Shown here piece by piece: positions 1 to 14,096 of a DNA stretch of 64,000 nt. Position numbers and translations under genes: made by a program. Origin of the DNA: the human T2T-CHM13v2.0 reference genome, Homo sapiens. Position 1 is the stretch's first letter. Each line of letters opens with the position of its first letter. The stretch is taken from the NCBI RefSeq assembly GCF_009914755.1, contig NC_060946.1; one strand, written 5' to 3'. Under the pieces are notes generated by a model. That model did no database searches. It saw nothing but the letters and a program-made list of their open reading frames with translations, and was not told the DNA's origin.

Positions 1-2321
1 GAGATCCAGTGCAGGATGGTCTGAGTCCCCGGTCCTAACCACCGAACCACCTGGTGCTCTTTGCAAGGGTCACACGGAAGGGGCTCTGACCATGGCTTCC
101 TGCCCTTTTTTGCCACAACATCATAAAGCCACTGCCAGAGGAGGGGATCAGTTAGGCCACCAGGAGTCCATCAGAAGCAACATTTCCACACATGGGTTTG
201 ATGGACACGAGAGTCCCTTCCTTCCCGAATGGAGCTCAGGGGGCCCAGGCTGGAGGGAGGGGAAACACTGTATGCCGTCCACCGTGAGAACTTACTGACA
301 GTGGCGGGTGGGTGCCTCATGCAGGGGGTAAAGGGCAGGGCCCCTGGGAGATCAGAACAGGCTTCCCAGAGGGAAGAGCTTTGCAACTCAGATCTGAAGG
401 GTAGACAGGAGGGGAGGGCAGTAAGAGCCTCTCTGGCAGGGTAACAGCTGTGCAGAGGCTGGGGGATCAGAAGGGCATGGGCAGCTGGGGAACCTGCTCA
501 CCATTGTGTCCAGGGAGCATCAGCTTCAAGGGCTGGACAGCGGTGGGAAGAAGCAGGAGACACAGGTAAGGACCTGTCCCTGGAGAGGCTTCTGTCTCCT
601 GCAGTCTCAGGTAGAGGGGACCCTCTAGGCATGGAGAGCACTGAGGGGAAATGACATGATCAGATGTGGATGTGAGAATGCTGGGGACAGGGGACTTACA
701 GGGTAGATTGGAGGAGCATTAGTTGGGAAAGAAGTTGAAATTCAGGCTGTGGCCTAAAGCACTCATTCCTAGAAATGATGAGGACACAACTGGCTAGGAG
801 ATGGGGACATGAGGGCATGCAAATCATAGTTCAGATATACACACAATTCATTCATTCAACCTTCTTTCCTTGAGCGCCTACATAAGCCAACGAAGCAGTC
901 AACAAACCAGCCAGCAACCCTGCCCTTGGAGCTTACAGCCTGGAAACAAGGAAGGTTTCTAAGGCGATGGAGACAACTTAGATATAGGGAGAGAAGTGTG
1001 GCCCTTGGCCTCCTGGAGCCTGTGTTGAGTAGCGAGGTAGGGTCCAGCCTAATGCAGATTAGCAATGAATCAAGGATGCTGGGAGGTACTGGGCAGGCGA
1101 CAGGCATGCATCTGATCTGCTCTGAGTCTCCATGTTTGGAGACCTTGGACATTTTACTTCCTCTATGAGTTTCTCCGTCTGTGAAATGAGCTGGTGGACT
1201 CAAGAGGTTTCTCTTGAGTTGGCTGAGCAGGTTTCTGATGGGGCTCCCAGTCTGCGCAGTTTGTGGCAGCTTCCGAGAGGGCTCTGCCGGGAAGAGCTCC
1301 CCCTCCATGACAGCCTCGGGGGCTGGGAGTGCAGTGACCCATGAGGGACGCCTGTCCTGGCTGTGGGTGAGGAGGGGCGGTTCCCCTGCTGTGTGTCTGC
1401 CGTTCTGGGTTGATGGTTCCTGACATGCTCTAGCATGCCATAACCCATGTCCAGCAGAGAGCACTTACATCCTATGTGTGAGGATGTTTTCGTTTGAAAG
1501 CCATCCCTCAGCAAGCAGACACCAGAAACCAGAAATCAGGTGCCGTGTCTTCATTCTGCATTTTCTTGAACAACCCAGAGTTCCCAGGAGATAGATGCTT
1601 GCCTTGTGGCTGCAAGGATTTCATGAGAAGCCCCAAAGTTGCTTACGCGTATTTGTTCATTCATTCACTCATTCACCTTGCCCCATAATTCACTGAGAAG
1701 CCGCATCTCAGCCTGGAGGTAGGGAAGGGGGTCAGGACCAATCCCACCCACCCCCATCTCCTCACACCTTAGGGGAGGCAGACACAGAAGCATAGGAATC
1801 CCTCAGCTGTGGTAAGGCCCTGGTGGAGGGAATTCCACTGAGCTATGGTGAAATGAGAGAAGGAATGAGGGATTCCGCCTGGAGATGCAGATCCGAGGAT
1901 GTTCCTAGAGCCGGAGGCATTTGCCCGGGGCACTGACAACAGGAAGGACCCTGGGCAGGAGGAAGGGAGCTTGGACAGCAGGAGGGGGGAGGCCGCTGAA
2001 CCGCAGGCCCCTCTGCTAGCAGGAGCCACCCAGGCCGCAGCGTGGGCAGTGGGGAGCCTCAGGACAGAGGAGGCTCCAATGAGTTTCCTCGCCAGCGCTT
2101 TTTATGGAGTTCGGGTCACGTGCGCATTGCAATCTGCACGGCTTTCCATTGCTTTCATGTTGAAACCCTACAGTTTTGCAGATGAAGGGCTGAGGCTCAC
2201 AGAGGAGACGGGTCTTGCTCAAGGTCCCTCAGCTGCTGGGGGCAGGGGTGGCCTGGAACCCCCTGTGTCCACACAAAAGGCCATGCAGGCCCTGACTGCC
2301 CCCCAGCGGTCCAGCCCTTAG

Positions 2322-2753
<432 letters not shown>

Positions 2754-3300
2754 TAATGTTGCCAGAGCCCAGGAAATGCCCCGTGGTGGGAGGGCAGGCT
2801 CATCAGGAGCTCCTGGCACAGCAGGGTTCCTGGGCTCCACCTGGGGGCTTCCCAGATCTCCTGCTGCCATCTTTCCAGTAGCGTCCCTGGGCCGTCCCAC
2901 CTCTACTGTGACCACTGACCAGTAGGACTCTGCATCTGTTCACTTTGGGTTTCCAGTTTTCTGCACGTTCTCTGCCAATGGCAATTACAATAATAACAAC
3001 AACAGTGCTATTAGCAGCTGTGTGTTAATGGAGGCTACAGGATGCTCAGGGCTTACCCACATTTTTCAGTTCAATCCCCAAACACTGAAACTTAGATACT
3101 ATTTCCATTCTCCCGGGAGGGCGTGCAGGTGCACAGAACTCTCTCTCTCTCTCTCGGAGCTGTTGGACACACAGCTGGCAGGTTCAGGCTGAAGTTTCAG
3201 CCCTGGTCTTTTGGCCCCAGAGCTCATGACCTCTGTGTGATGAATCACACGGTGGGCACCCACTGAGAGCTATGGGAGGGATGAATGACGGAGTACATGA

Positions 3301-3456
<156 letters not shown>

Positions 3457-3459
3457 TGA

Positions 3460-3915
<456 letters not shown>

Positions 3916-4539
3916 TGAACAGAGAAGCAATGAAACCACGACGGCAGTGGCCAAAAACAGGAGCAGATCTTTAAAACCTCTGATCTCTTGTCCTTTTCTT
4001 CTGCTTCCCTCTCCCATCCTGCAGCTCTCTAAATCTCCACTGCTAGCCACACCCTCCTGGTCCTGTCACCAAAACCTTCCCTTTCATTCCTCATTGGATT
4101 TTCCTCTTTCTGATATCCGAAATTCCCCACCGACTGATATTCTATCTTTAATGTAATTGATCTATGATGTACTTTTCAACTGGAGCCTGTGGTGTGTACA
4201 AATAGTGTTGATCCTTGGAGGTTAACATCCCTCGTTTCTGTGATGTAACAAGGACCCCAGTGCAATGGAACCTCTCACGTTGTTTCATGATGACCAAGTT
4301 CTTCCATCCAGTCTTTAGCATATGTGAAGGGCAGAGGCCAATTTGTCTTAATTACCTGGGTTTGAATTTACCATTAACTCTCTTGGGATCCTCACTGGAA
4401 AAAGGAATTCTGATTGTTCAAAAGCACAGGATATATTAAGGGCCTCATATAATGCCTGGCACATAAGAGACCTCAGCAAATTACGGGCATTCATATTATG
4501 TTTATACAGTGAAGGCATCAAGGTTATAAGCATTCTCTT

Positions 4540-4645
4540 TTTTCTTTTGGGTAGACTGAAGCTCAGAGAGGTTGAGTGGCTTACTTAAAGCTGCACAGCT
4601 ATTAGTAGGCAGATCAAGATTAGAGTTCAGAACTTCTCACTCCCT
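4540..4645. mobile_element. MIR fragment
   Basis: actgaagctcagagaggttgagtggcttacttaaagctgcacagct resembles the MIR core. Confidence 0.6.
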
Positions 4646-4849
4646 GCCCAGTTTCTGCTTTCTTTACCCTTTGCCTCTTTCAAGTTGTGGGTCTGCCGGC
4701 CAGGTGGGAGGTGCTGTCTGCAAAGGGCTTCCCTTTCTCTTTGGCCACTATCTGGCTGGGGAGAGGCCTCACCTAGATGTTGTTGAAGGCCTGTTACAGC
4801 CGCTTTATTGGGGATTTTCTGGCGATGAGAACGTGTGAATGTCCTGGCC
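4629..4849 (+). repeat. Left arm of intronic inverted repeat (intron 8)
   Basis: Reverse complement of 6969-7191; 31 mismatches over 210 ungapped nt counted by hand (~85%). Confidence 0.93.
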
Positions 4850-5057
4850 TTTAGTCAACTCCCTACACCTCTGAGAGTGTCAGACAAGAGAGCCCATCAC
4901 ACTGGTGGGATTGCAATCTTTGCCTCTACCACTGCTTAGCTGCCTTTCCTTAGGGCAAGTTACTTAATGGTTCTGTGACTCAGTTTCCCTGTTTGTGAAA
5001 AGTGAAGGTTAATAGTACCCACCATATAGGGCTGTTAGAATGGAGTGGAATAATTCA

Positions 5058-5495
<438 letters not shown>

Positions 5496-5639
5496 TCACT
5501 ACAAAACAAGTGTATCTCAGCATCTCCCACGAGAATACCACTCAGGTCAAAACATGATATAGTGAAGTGGGGATGAAAAGGATCCAACCATGGGCAGAAC
5601 CTGGGGTCTGGTGCCAGTGGAGACAGCCCCAGTGTCTAG

Positions 5640-5957
<318 letters not shown>

Positions 5958-6512
5958 TGAGAGGTAGCCACTGGGACGTGGTGATCACTAGGCTGTGTGG
6001 TCAGCAGGTCACTCTCCTGTCTCTTGGTGAAGTAACTGAGGTTTGGAAAAGTGGCGTGGCTTGGCCAACGTGAACAGCTGACCCTGAGTCCCCAGGCAAC
6101 AGAAGACCCTCTGGGCAGGGAGGGGTTGAAAGGCCACTGGGAAGAAGGTTTTCAAAAGTCATGAAAGTTTGGGGTTATTTCCTCAGAGGAATCTCATCTG
6201 GACACACATGGAGGCTCAGACAGAGCTGCTTCTAATGAGTCGGGGGTGCGCCCAGGCCAGGGCTCGGTCCCCTGCCTCCACAGAGCCCAGAACAGAAACC
6301 ACAGAACCAACCCCACACCTTCAGTCTAGAAATGGGGCAACTGAGGCTAGAAGGGAGGTGGGCCAGTGGTGGAGCCAGGAGCGGGCCCTGGGGTCCTGAA
6401 CCCCCATTCTCAGGGTCCAGAGTCCAGTCGGCCTGCACTGCGTTCCTGAAAAGGCCACAATATGGGTGCAAGCTGCCCCAGAAGGGCTGGGAGCTGAGAA
6501 GGCTCAAAATAG

Positions 6513-6944
<432 letters not shown>

Positions 6945-6968
6945 TGAAGGCTGGAGTCCAGAGCTTCT

Positions 6969-7191
6969 GGCCAGGACCAGCTCACAGTTTCTCACTGCCA
7001 GAAAATCCCCAATGCAGCAGCCGTAGCAGGCCTGCAACAACTTGTAGGTGAGCCGTCTCCCCGATTAGATGGTGGCCAAAGAGAAAGGGAAGGCCTTTGC
7101 AGAGAGCACCTCCCACCTGGTCATCAGACCCGCAAGTTGAAAGAGGCAAAGGGTAAAGCAGGCAGAAACTGGGCGTGGAGTCAGAAGTTCT
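6969..7191 (-). repeat. Right arm of intronic inverted repeat (intron 10)
   Basis: ORF-track peptides 4572..4838(+) and 6982..7353(-) are near-identical (…LYPLPLS.CGS..QVGGA.CKGLPFLFGH…). Confidence 0.93.
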
Positions 7192-8295
7192 CCACCCACT
7201 CTTCATGAGACAGCACAGCTGGGCAGAGGATGCCACATCTCTGGGTGGGCACAGAGATGTGGGGCTCCAGACCCCACTCCACTCAGGCCTCCTTCCCTCC
7301 CTTGGACCACTAGTCGTTGGAAAGTGACACCTGGTGTTCAGTACAGACTGCAAGTGAGGACTTGAGGGAGCAGAGGAGAGCAGGTCTCATGATCGCTCCT
7401 CCTTTAAACTGGGACTTAGGCTTCTGTTAATATGGCCCTTGGTTTCTTAGCTTTTGGGACTACCAAGTTTTTGTGGTTGCTCAGCCCGAGTTTCCTGTTA
7501 CCATGGAAGCAAGAAAATCTAGAGCCACAGACTGGGTCCTTGGATTGGAAGGTTTTGCTGTGATTCCTTCATCTTCCCACCTCCCTGCACTTGCTGCGTG
7601 CACTGACCCCTCACCTTTCACCATAGTGACCACCAGGCGACTCCCGCAGAACAAGACAAGTCCAAGGGGTGGTTTCAGAGACAGTAAGGATACAGGAGAT
7701 ATTGGGAGCAACCGAAGTCCCCAGCCAGGCTTGGTAGCGGCAGGGGCCCAGGGAGAGGGCCACAACCAGGTAGAAAGGAGGCCGGACCAATGGGCCCAAG
7801 AGAGGAGGAAGAGGGGAGTCCTGGAGGAACCTGGCCTGGGAGCTCAGGGCTGGGCAGCAGGTGGGATCAGGGGCCTCTGGAGGGGCCTTTGCTCCTGCTG
7901 GTGCCTCTGCCACTATGCCTTTCCCCATCTCCACCTCTAATCCTTCCTATTACTGGAGGCCCAGCTAATATGCCACCTCCTTCAGGAAGTCCCCTGTGAT
8001 TGCCATGAACAGTGGTTCTTGCCCTCCCTGTAGCACCTCCTGTGCTATAGATCCTGGAAAGGATCTGACCCTCCTGTGTCCTCCCAGCACTTTGAACACT
8101 GTGGGGGTTCAGACCAATGCCCTTCCCAGCATGGATCTGGCCTCTCTCCCCTAATCCCCCAAGGCAGTAAGTTCCAGAGCCCTGGGCCTGCACAGAGCGG
8201 GGTCTTAGGGAATACTGCACCAACCCCACTCCCTGCCCTGAGGTCGATTTCCCGCCCAGATGCTGACATTCCTCTTTCTCCCCGGCTGCTGGAAG

Positions 8296-8386
8296 TGCTG
8301 CCTATGTGGGTGCTGGCCCTCATCGTGATCTTCCTCACCATCGCTGTGCTCCTGGCCCTCCGCTTCTGTGGCATCTACGGGTACAG
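8296..8386 (+). CDS. CSF2RB: CSF2RB exon 11 (transmembrane helix), 91 nt
   Basis: ggaag|TG acceptor and CAG|gtgagg donor; VLPMWVLALIVIFLTIAVLLALRFCGIYGYR hydrophobic helix. Confidence 0.95.
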
Positions 8387-8574
8387 GTGAGGGGACTCTG
8401 TGGGGCTGGAGGTGGCAGCCGAGACCCCAGAGGGCACTGGGGAATCCCACCCAGCTCCCTCCAGGCCCTGCTCTGCCGCTCCCTTCCTGGGCCTCAGTTT
8501 CCCCTCTGGGCATGAGCATGGGAGCAGCTGGCCATGAGGTCTCTGATGGCTGTCACCTCCGTGGTGTCTTCCAG

Positions 8575-8632
8575 GCTGCGCAGAAAGTGGGAGGAGAAGA
8601 TCCCCAACCCCAGCAAGAGCCACCTGTTCCAG
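8575..8632 (+). CDS. CSF2RB: CSF2RB exon 12 (Box1 JAK2-binding region), 58 nt
   Basis: ttccag|G acceptor and CAG|gtagga donor; LRRKWEEKIPNPSKSHLFQ. Confidence 0.96.
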
Positions 8633-9492
8633 GTAGGAACTGGCTGCGAGGGGCGGAGTGGGGGCTTCTCTGTTCCTGCCTCTCTTGTCTCTGTCCCCAC
8701 CTCCTCCTTCCCTTCCTGTGGGCTTTGGGTGGTAGGGATGTAGGTGGACTGGGCTTTGGGAGCTTTGGGAGTGGGGCCAGCACTTGGAAATTCATTCCCG
8801 GGATTCCCTGGAGTGCCCACACCTGGCCCTGCCTGCCAGAGCTCTGCATGGAGCCCAGTGGAGAGAACTGAGTGTGGGGATGCCTGGGACAGGGTGGGCT
8901 CACAGAGGGGTTCCTGCTACCAGGATGGATGGGGTGTCAGGAGGCAGAAGGGCTCCCCAAGGACAAGATACCTGGGCTGAGCTTTGAGGGTCCCAGTGGT
9001 GCCAGGTGGCAAAAGTTGCTCTGGCTCAGGGCATCTTGAGGGTGGAGACAGAAACCCTTCAGGAAGGGAGCTGAAGGGGTGGGACAGGAGGCTGGGGGCC
9101 ATGTTGGGAGGCTGAGATGACCATGGGGAAGACACCAGCGTGTGGGTGATGGGAGCCCTATAGTCAGGCAGGCAGGGCCAGCTTTGCCTGTGGAGGGGTC
9201 TCTTGGCTGGTGTGGAGGAGAAATGGGGGTGAGCATGGAGACAGGCACTCCAGGTTAGAAAAATCACAGGAAAAGGGCCCTGTCCTCAGGTAGCAGGGAC
9301 ATGGGGGAAGTCCCCGCCCCTCTCTGGGCCTCACTTTGCTGGTGTCAAAAGGCCGTGGCCAGTCCTGAAGAAGTGGAGATTCTTCTCTTGTCTGGGGGCT
9401 CCTTGAATCCTCCTGCACCCCCGTCACCCTCTGCCTTGCCCCCACCTCGGACCTCCTGATGCTCACCGGCCCAAATGTCTCTGCTCTTGCAG

Positions 9493-9596
9493 AACGGGAG
9501 CGCAGAGCTTTGGCCCCCAGGCAGCATGTCAGCCTTCACTAGCGGGAGTCCCCCACACCAGGGGCCGTGGGGCAGCCGCTTCCCTGAGCTGGAGGG
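9493..9596 (+). CDS. CSF2RB: CSF2RB exon 13, 104 nt
   Basis: ttgcag|AAC acceptor and GGG|gtgagt donor; NGSAELWPPGSMSAFTSGSPPHQGPWGSRFPELEG. Confidence 0.96.
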
Positions 9597-10320
9597 GTGA
9601 GTGGGCTCGTGGATCACTCCTGACCTTTGGGGTTCATACGGGGGGCTGACTCCATTGTGGAAATCAGGGACTCAAGTGAGGCTGCCTGTGGCTCACTGTG
9701 AAGGGATCCAAGGGAGCTGGTTTGCACTAAAGCAGGAGGCACCTGGGGGGGATGTGAGGAAGAACTTCCTCTTTCCAGGTAAGGAAGTGCCAGACAAGGG
9801 GAGTGACCGGAAGTGAAAGAGGGAAACAGTTGGCCTTCCCCTCCCTGGCTGCCTCAGAGGCGTCACACTGCAGAGGCCTCATGGGGTAGCTGGGGCTGCA
9901 GACTCCCGGGAACTCGGCGCCTGAGCCGGCAGCTGACCACCAACTCGGCAGGGAGAAGGGGGTGGCATGGTTGATAGAATGATGGAAGGGTTGCCCAGTG
10001 CACAGGCTGGGCATGAGCCTGGTGCTGAAGGAGGATGGACTTTAAGGTCAAAAGGGAGAGGGTACCAGCCTTGCAGAGGAAGACCTTGAGCTCAGCATGG
10101 AGGATGGAGCTCCTGAGCCACGGAAAGACTGAATCCATGTCCCATGTCCTTCTCTGGGGCCCCTGCTCCCTCAACCCTGTCCCGTTCAGGTTCTCTCTGT
10201 GAGATCTGGGGGACATCAGGGCTTCCAGAGAACCATCTCCACCCCACCAAGACCCTTGTGCCTGACCCGGATCATCTGCCCAGGGTGGTCCCAACTCTTC
10301 TGCCCATTTTCTTCCCACAG

Positions 10321-11446
10321 GGTGTTCCCTGTAGGATTCGGGGACAGCGAGGTGTCACCTCTCACCATAGAGGACCCCAAGCATGTCTGTGATCCACCAT
10401 CTGGGCCTGACACGACTCCAGCTGCCTCAGATCTACCCACAGAGCAGCCCCCCAGCCCCCAGCCAGGCCCGCCTGCCGCCTCCCACACACCTGAGAAACA
10501 GGCTTCCAGCTTTGACTTCAATGGGCCCTACCTGGGGCCGCCCCACAGCCGCTCCCTACCTGACATCCTGGGCCAGCCGGAGCCCCCACAGGAGGGTGGG
10601 AGCCAGAAGTCCCCACCTCCAGGGTCCCTGGAGTACCTGTGTCTGCCTGCTGGGGGGCAGGTGCAACTGGTCCCTCTGGCCCAGGCGATGGGACCGGGAC
10701 AGGCCGTGGAAGTGGAGAGAAGGCCGAGCCAGGGGGCTGCAGGGAGTCCCTCCCTGGAGTCCGGGGGAGGCCCTGCCCCTCCTGCTCTTGGGCCAAGGGT
10801 GGGAGGACAGGACCAAAAGGACAGCCCTGTGGCTATACCCATGAGCTCTGGGGACACTGAGGACCCTGGAGTGGCCTCTGGTTATGTCTCCTCTGCAGAC
10901 CTGGTATTCACCCCAAACTCAGGGGCCTCGTCTGTCTCCCTAGTTCCCTCTCTGGGCCTCCCCTCAGACCAGACCCCCAGCTTATGTCCTGGGCTGGCCA
11001 GTGGACCCCCTGGAGCCCCAGGCCCTGTGAAGTCAGGGTTTGAGGGCTATGTGGAGCTCCCTCCAATTGAGGGCCGGTCCCCCAGGTCACCAAGGAACAA
11101 TCCTGTCCCCCCTGAGGCCAAAAGCCCTGTCCTGAACCCAGGGGAACGCCCGGCAGATGTGTCCCCAACATCCCCACAGCCCGAGGGCCTCCTTGTCCTG
11201 CAGCAAGTGGGCGACTATTGCTTCCTCCCCGGCCTGGGGCCCGGCCCTCTCTCGCTCCGGAGTAAACCTTCTTCCCCGGGACCCGGTCCTGAGATCAAGA
11301 ACCTAGACCAGGCTTTTCAAGTCAAGAAGCCCCCAGGCCAGGCTGTGCCCCAGGTGCCCGTCATTCAGCTCTTCAAAGCCCTGAAGCAGCAGGACTACCT
11401 GTCTCTGCCCCCTTGGGAGGTCAACAAGCCTGGGGAGGTGTGTTGA
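10321..11446 (+). CDS. CSF2RB: CSF2RB exon 14 coding part (cytoplasmic tail), stop TGA at 11444-11446
   Basis: cacag|G acceptor; VFPVGFGDSEVSPLTIEDP...NKPGEVC*; contains NGPYLGPP, HSRSLP (14-3-3 site), LEYLCL (SHP2 site) and DYLSLP. Adding 391 nt for exons 2-4 gives a 2694-nt CDS, i.e. 897 aa. Confidence 0.98.
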
Positions 11447-13385
11447 GACCCCCAGGCCTAGACAGGCAAGGGGATGGAGAGGGCTTGCCTTCCCTCCCGC
11501 CTGACCTTCCTCAGTCATTTCTGCAAAGCCAAGGGGCAGCCTCCTGTCAAGGTAGCTAGAGGCCTGGGAAAGGAGATAGCCTTGCTCCGGCCCCCTTGAC
11601 CTTCAGCAAATCACTTCTCTCCCTGCGCTCACACAGACACACACACACACACGTACATGCACACATTTTTCCTGTCAGGTTAACTTATTTGTAGGTTCTG
11701 CATTATTAGAACTTTCTAGATATACTCATTCCATCTCCCCCTCATTTTTTTAATCAGGTTTCCTTGCTTTTGCCATTTTTCTTCCTTCTTTTTTCACTGA
11801 TTTATTATGAGAGTGGGGCTGAGGTCTGAGCTGAGCCTTATCAGACTGAGATGCGGCTGGTTGTGTTGAGGACTTGTGTGGGCTGCCTGTCCCCGGCAGT
11901 CGCTGATGCACATGACATGATTCTCATCTGGGTGCAGAGGTGGGAGGCACCAGGTGGGCACCCGTGGGGGTTAGGGCTTGGAAGAGTGGCACAGGACTGG
12001 GCACGCTCAGTGAGGCTCAGGGAATTCAGACTAGCCTCGATTGTCACTCCGAGAAATGGGCATGGTATTGGGGGTCGGGGGGGCGGTGCAAGGGACGCAC
12101 ATGAGAGACTGTTTGGGAGCTTCTGGGGAGCCCTGCTAGTTGTCTCAGTGATGTCTGTGGGACCTCCAGTCCCTTGAGACCCCACGTCATGTAGAGAAGT
12201 TAACGGCCCAAGTGGTGGGCAGGCTGGCGGGACCTGGGGAACATCAGGAGAGGAGTCCAGAGCCCACGTCTACTGCGGAAAAGTCAGGGGAAACTGCCAA
12301 ACAAAGGAAAATGCCCCAAAGGCATATATGCTTTAGGGCCTTTGGTCCAAATGGCCCGGGTGGCCACTCTTCCAGATAGACCAGGCAACTCTCCCTCCCA
12401 CCGGCCACAGATGAGGGGCTGCTGATCTATGCCTGGGCCTGCACCAGGGATTATGGTTCTTTTAAATCTTTGCCTTTCAGATACAGGAAAAATAATGGCA
12501 TTAAATTGCTTTAATTTGCATTATTTTAGTTATCCAGTTTGCACATATTTTTATAGGTATCTTAGGCATCGATTGGTATTTTTTAACTGGGCCAAGCCCA
12601 TTAAGGTCTTTCTTCTGTTGGGTGCTATCATTTTCTGATTAAGTCTTTTTGACTATTGACATACAGTCTTTCACAGATGGTGGAGTGTTTTTCCCCCAAA
12701 TCTGTTGTTTGTCTTATAATGTTGTATATGAGGTTTTATGGTGTATGAATATGAATGCTTCTGTAATGTCAAACAGATCCCTAGTAAACTCCTTCTTCAC
12801 TTTTACTGTCAGATTTACAAAGGTCCTCCCATTGCAAAGCAGTGTTTGTCCTAATTTATATATTGTTTTTCTAGTTCATTTTGTGTTTCCAACTTTTCAT
12901 GTAAAATTTTAATTATTTTTGAATGTGTGGATGTGAGACTGAGGTGCCTTTTGGTACTGAAATTCTTTTTCCATGTACCTGAAGTGTTACTTTTGTGATA
13001 TAGGAAATCCTTGTATATATACTTTATTGGTCCCTAGGCTTCCTATTTTGTTACCTTGCTTTCTCTATGGCATCCACCATTTTGATTGTTCTACTTTTAT
13101 GATATGTTTTCATAAGTGGTTAAGCAAGTATTCTCGTTACTTTTGCTCTTAAATCCCTATTCATTACAGCAATGTTGGTGGTCAAAGAAAATGATAAACA
13201 ACTTGAATGTTCAATGGTCCTGAAATACATAACAACATTTTAGTACATTGTAAAGTAGAATCCTCTGTTCATAATGAACAAGATGAACCAATGTGGATTA
13301 GAAAGAAGTCCGAGATATTAATTCCAAAATATCCAGACATTGTTAAAGGGAAAAAATTGCAATAAAATATTTGTAACATAAAACA
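11447..13385 (+). other. CSF2RB: CSF2RB 3'UTR (~1.9 kb)
   Basis: Follows the stop codon with no splice needed; short CA tract at 11630-11652; U-rich distal half; ends after AATAAA. Confidence 0.85.
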
Positions 13386-13420
13386 AAGTGAAACCCTGAA
13401 TTTGTGTGTGCATGTTGGTG
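13361..13420 (+). terminator. CSF2RB polyadenylation signal AATAAA (13361-13366) with downstream GU-rich element
   Basis: AATAAA followed about 35 nt later by tttgtgtgtgcatgttggtg. Confidence 0.85.
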
Positions 13421-13468
13421 TAGTTGGAGGAAGGGGTTGCTCTTTGAAACCTCAATTGCTATTGTAAG

Positions 13469-14096
13469 TGATACAGCTCCAGTGACTGGAGGAACACCAG
13501 GGTCCTTAGTCTTGCGCCGATTTAAATAAAACGACACGGAAACACATGGAGTGGTTTTAAGGAGTGGAGAGTTTAATAGGCAAGAAAGAAGGAAGAAGCT
13601 CCCCTGTACAGAGACAGAGGGAGGGGGGATCCAAAGCTGAGAGAGGAAACCCTGAGTGCCACAGAAATAAGCCAGTTATATGAGGAGGCTAGAGAAGGCA
13701 GTATCTGATTTGCATAGGGCTCAGGGGATTGGTTTGACCAGGCATGTCATTCATGTAACCCCTGAAAAACCTGGCCCTTTCACCCTAGCATTTTAATATG
13801 CAAATGCAGGGCGCCATGATGTTCTACACAGGTGGGACTATGTGGGGGTGGCCATATTGCCAGGCAAACATGGGGACAAGGAAAAGATGGCGGGAATCCC
13901 CATGTTTGGGTGGACCCAGTTTCTAACGGTCTGCATTTGCATATCAAAGGTTGCCAGCCTGATTCTAAGAGCCGGGGCTTTCCTGCTAGACAAGAAACGT
14001 TTTTTGGAGCTGCTTTTAAAACAGAAACGAAAACTTCCCAAGGACCACTTTTCCTCTTTATCTGCCTCAAATAATTTTTTAATAATTCCTATAACA
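13469..14096 (-). mobile_element. ERV1-class solo LTR (LTR9-like)
   Basis: TG...CA termini, near-perfect 4-bp TSD taag/caag, ~630 bp; family name from memory. Confidence 0.7.

Noticed and set aside
766-774. STAT5-type GAS motif TTCCTAGAA (also at 15826 and several others)
   Set aside because: About four are expected by chance in 64 kb and they are not clustered
856-2321. 202-aa and 140-aa ORFs in CSF2RB intron 4
   Set aside because: Overlap L2/MIR-like remnants and have no recognisable protein features
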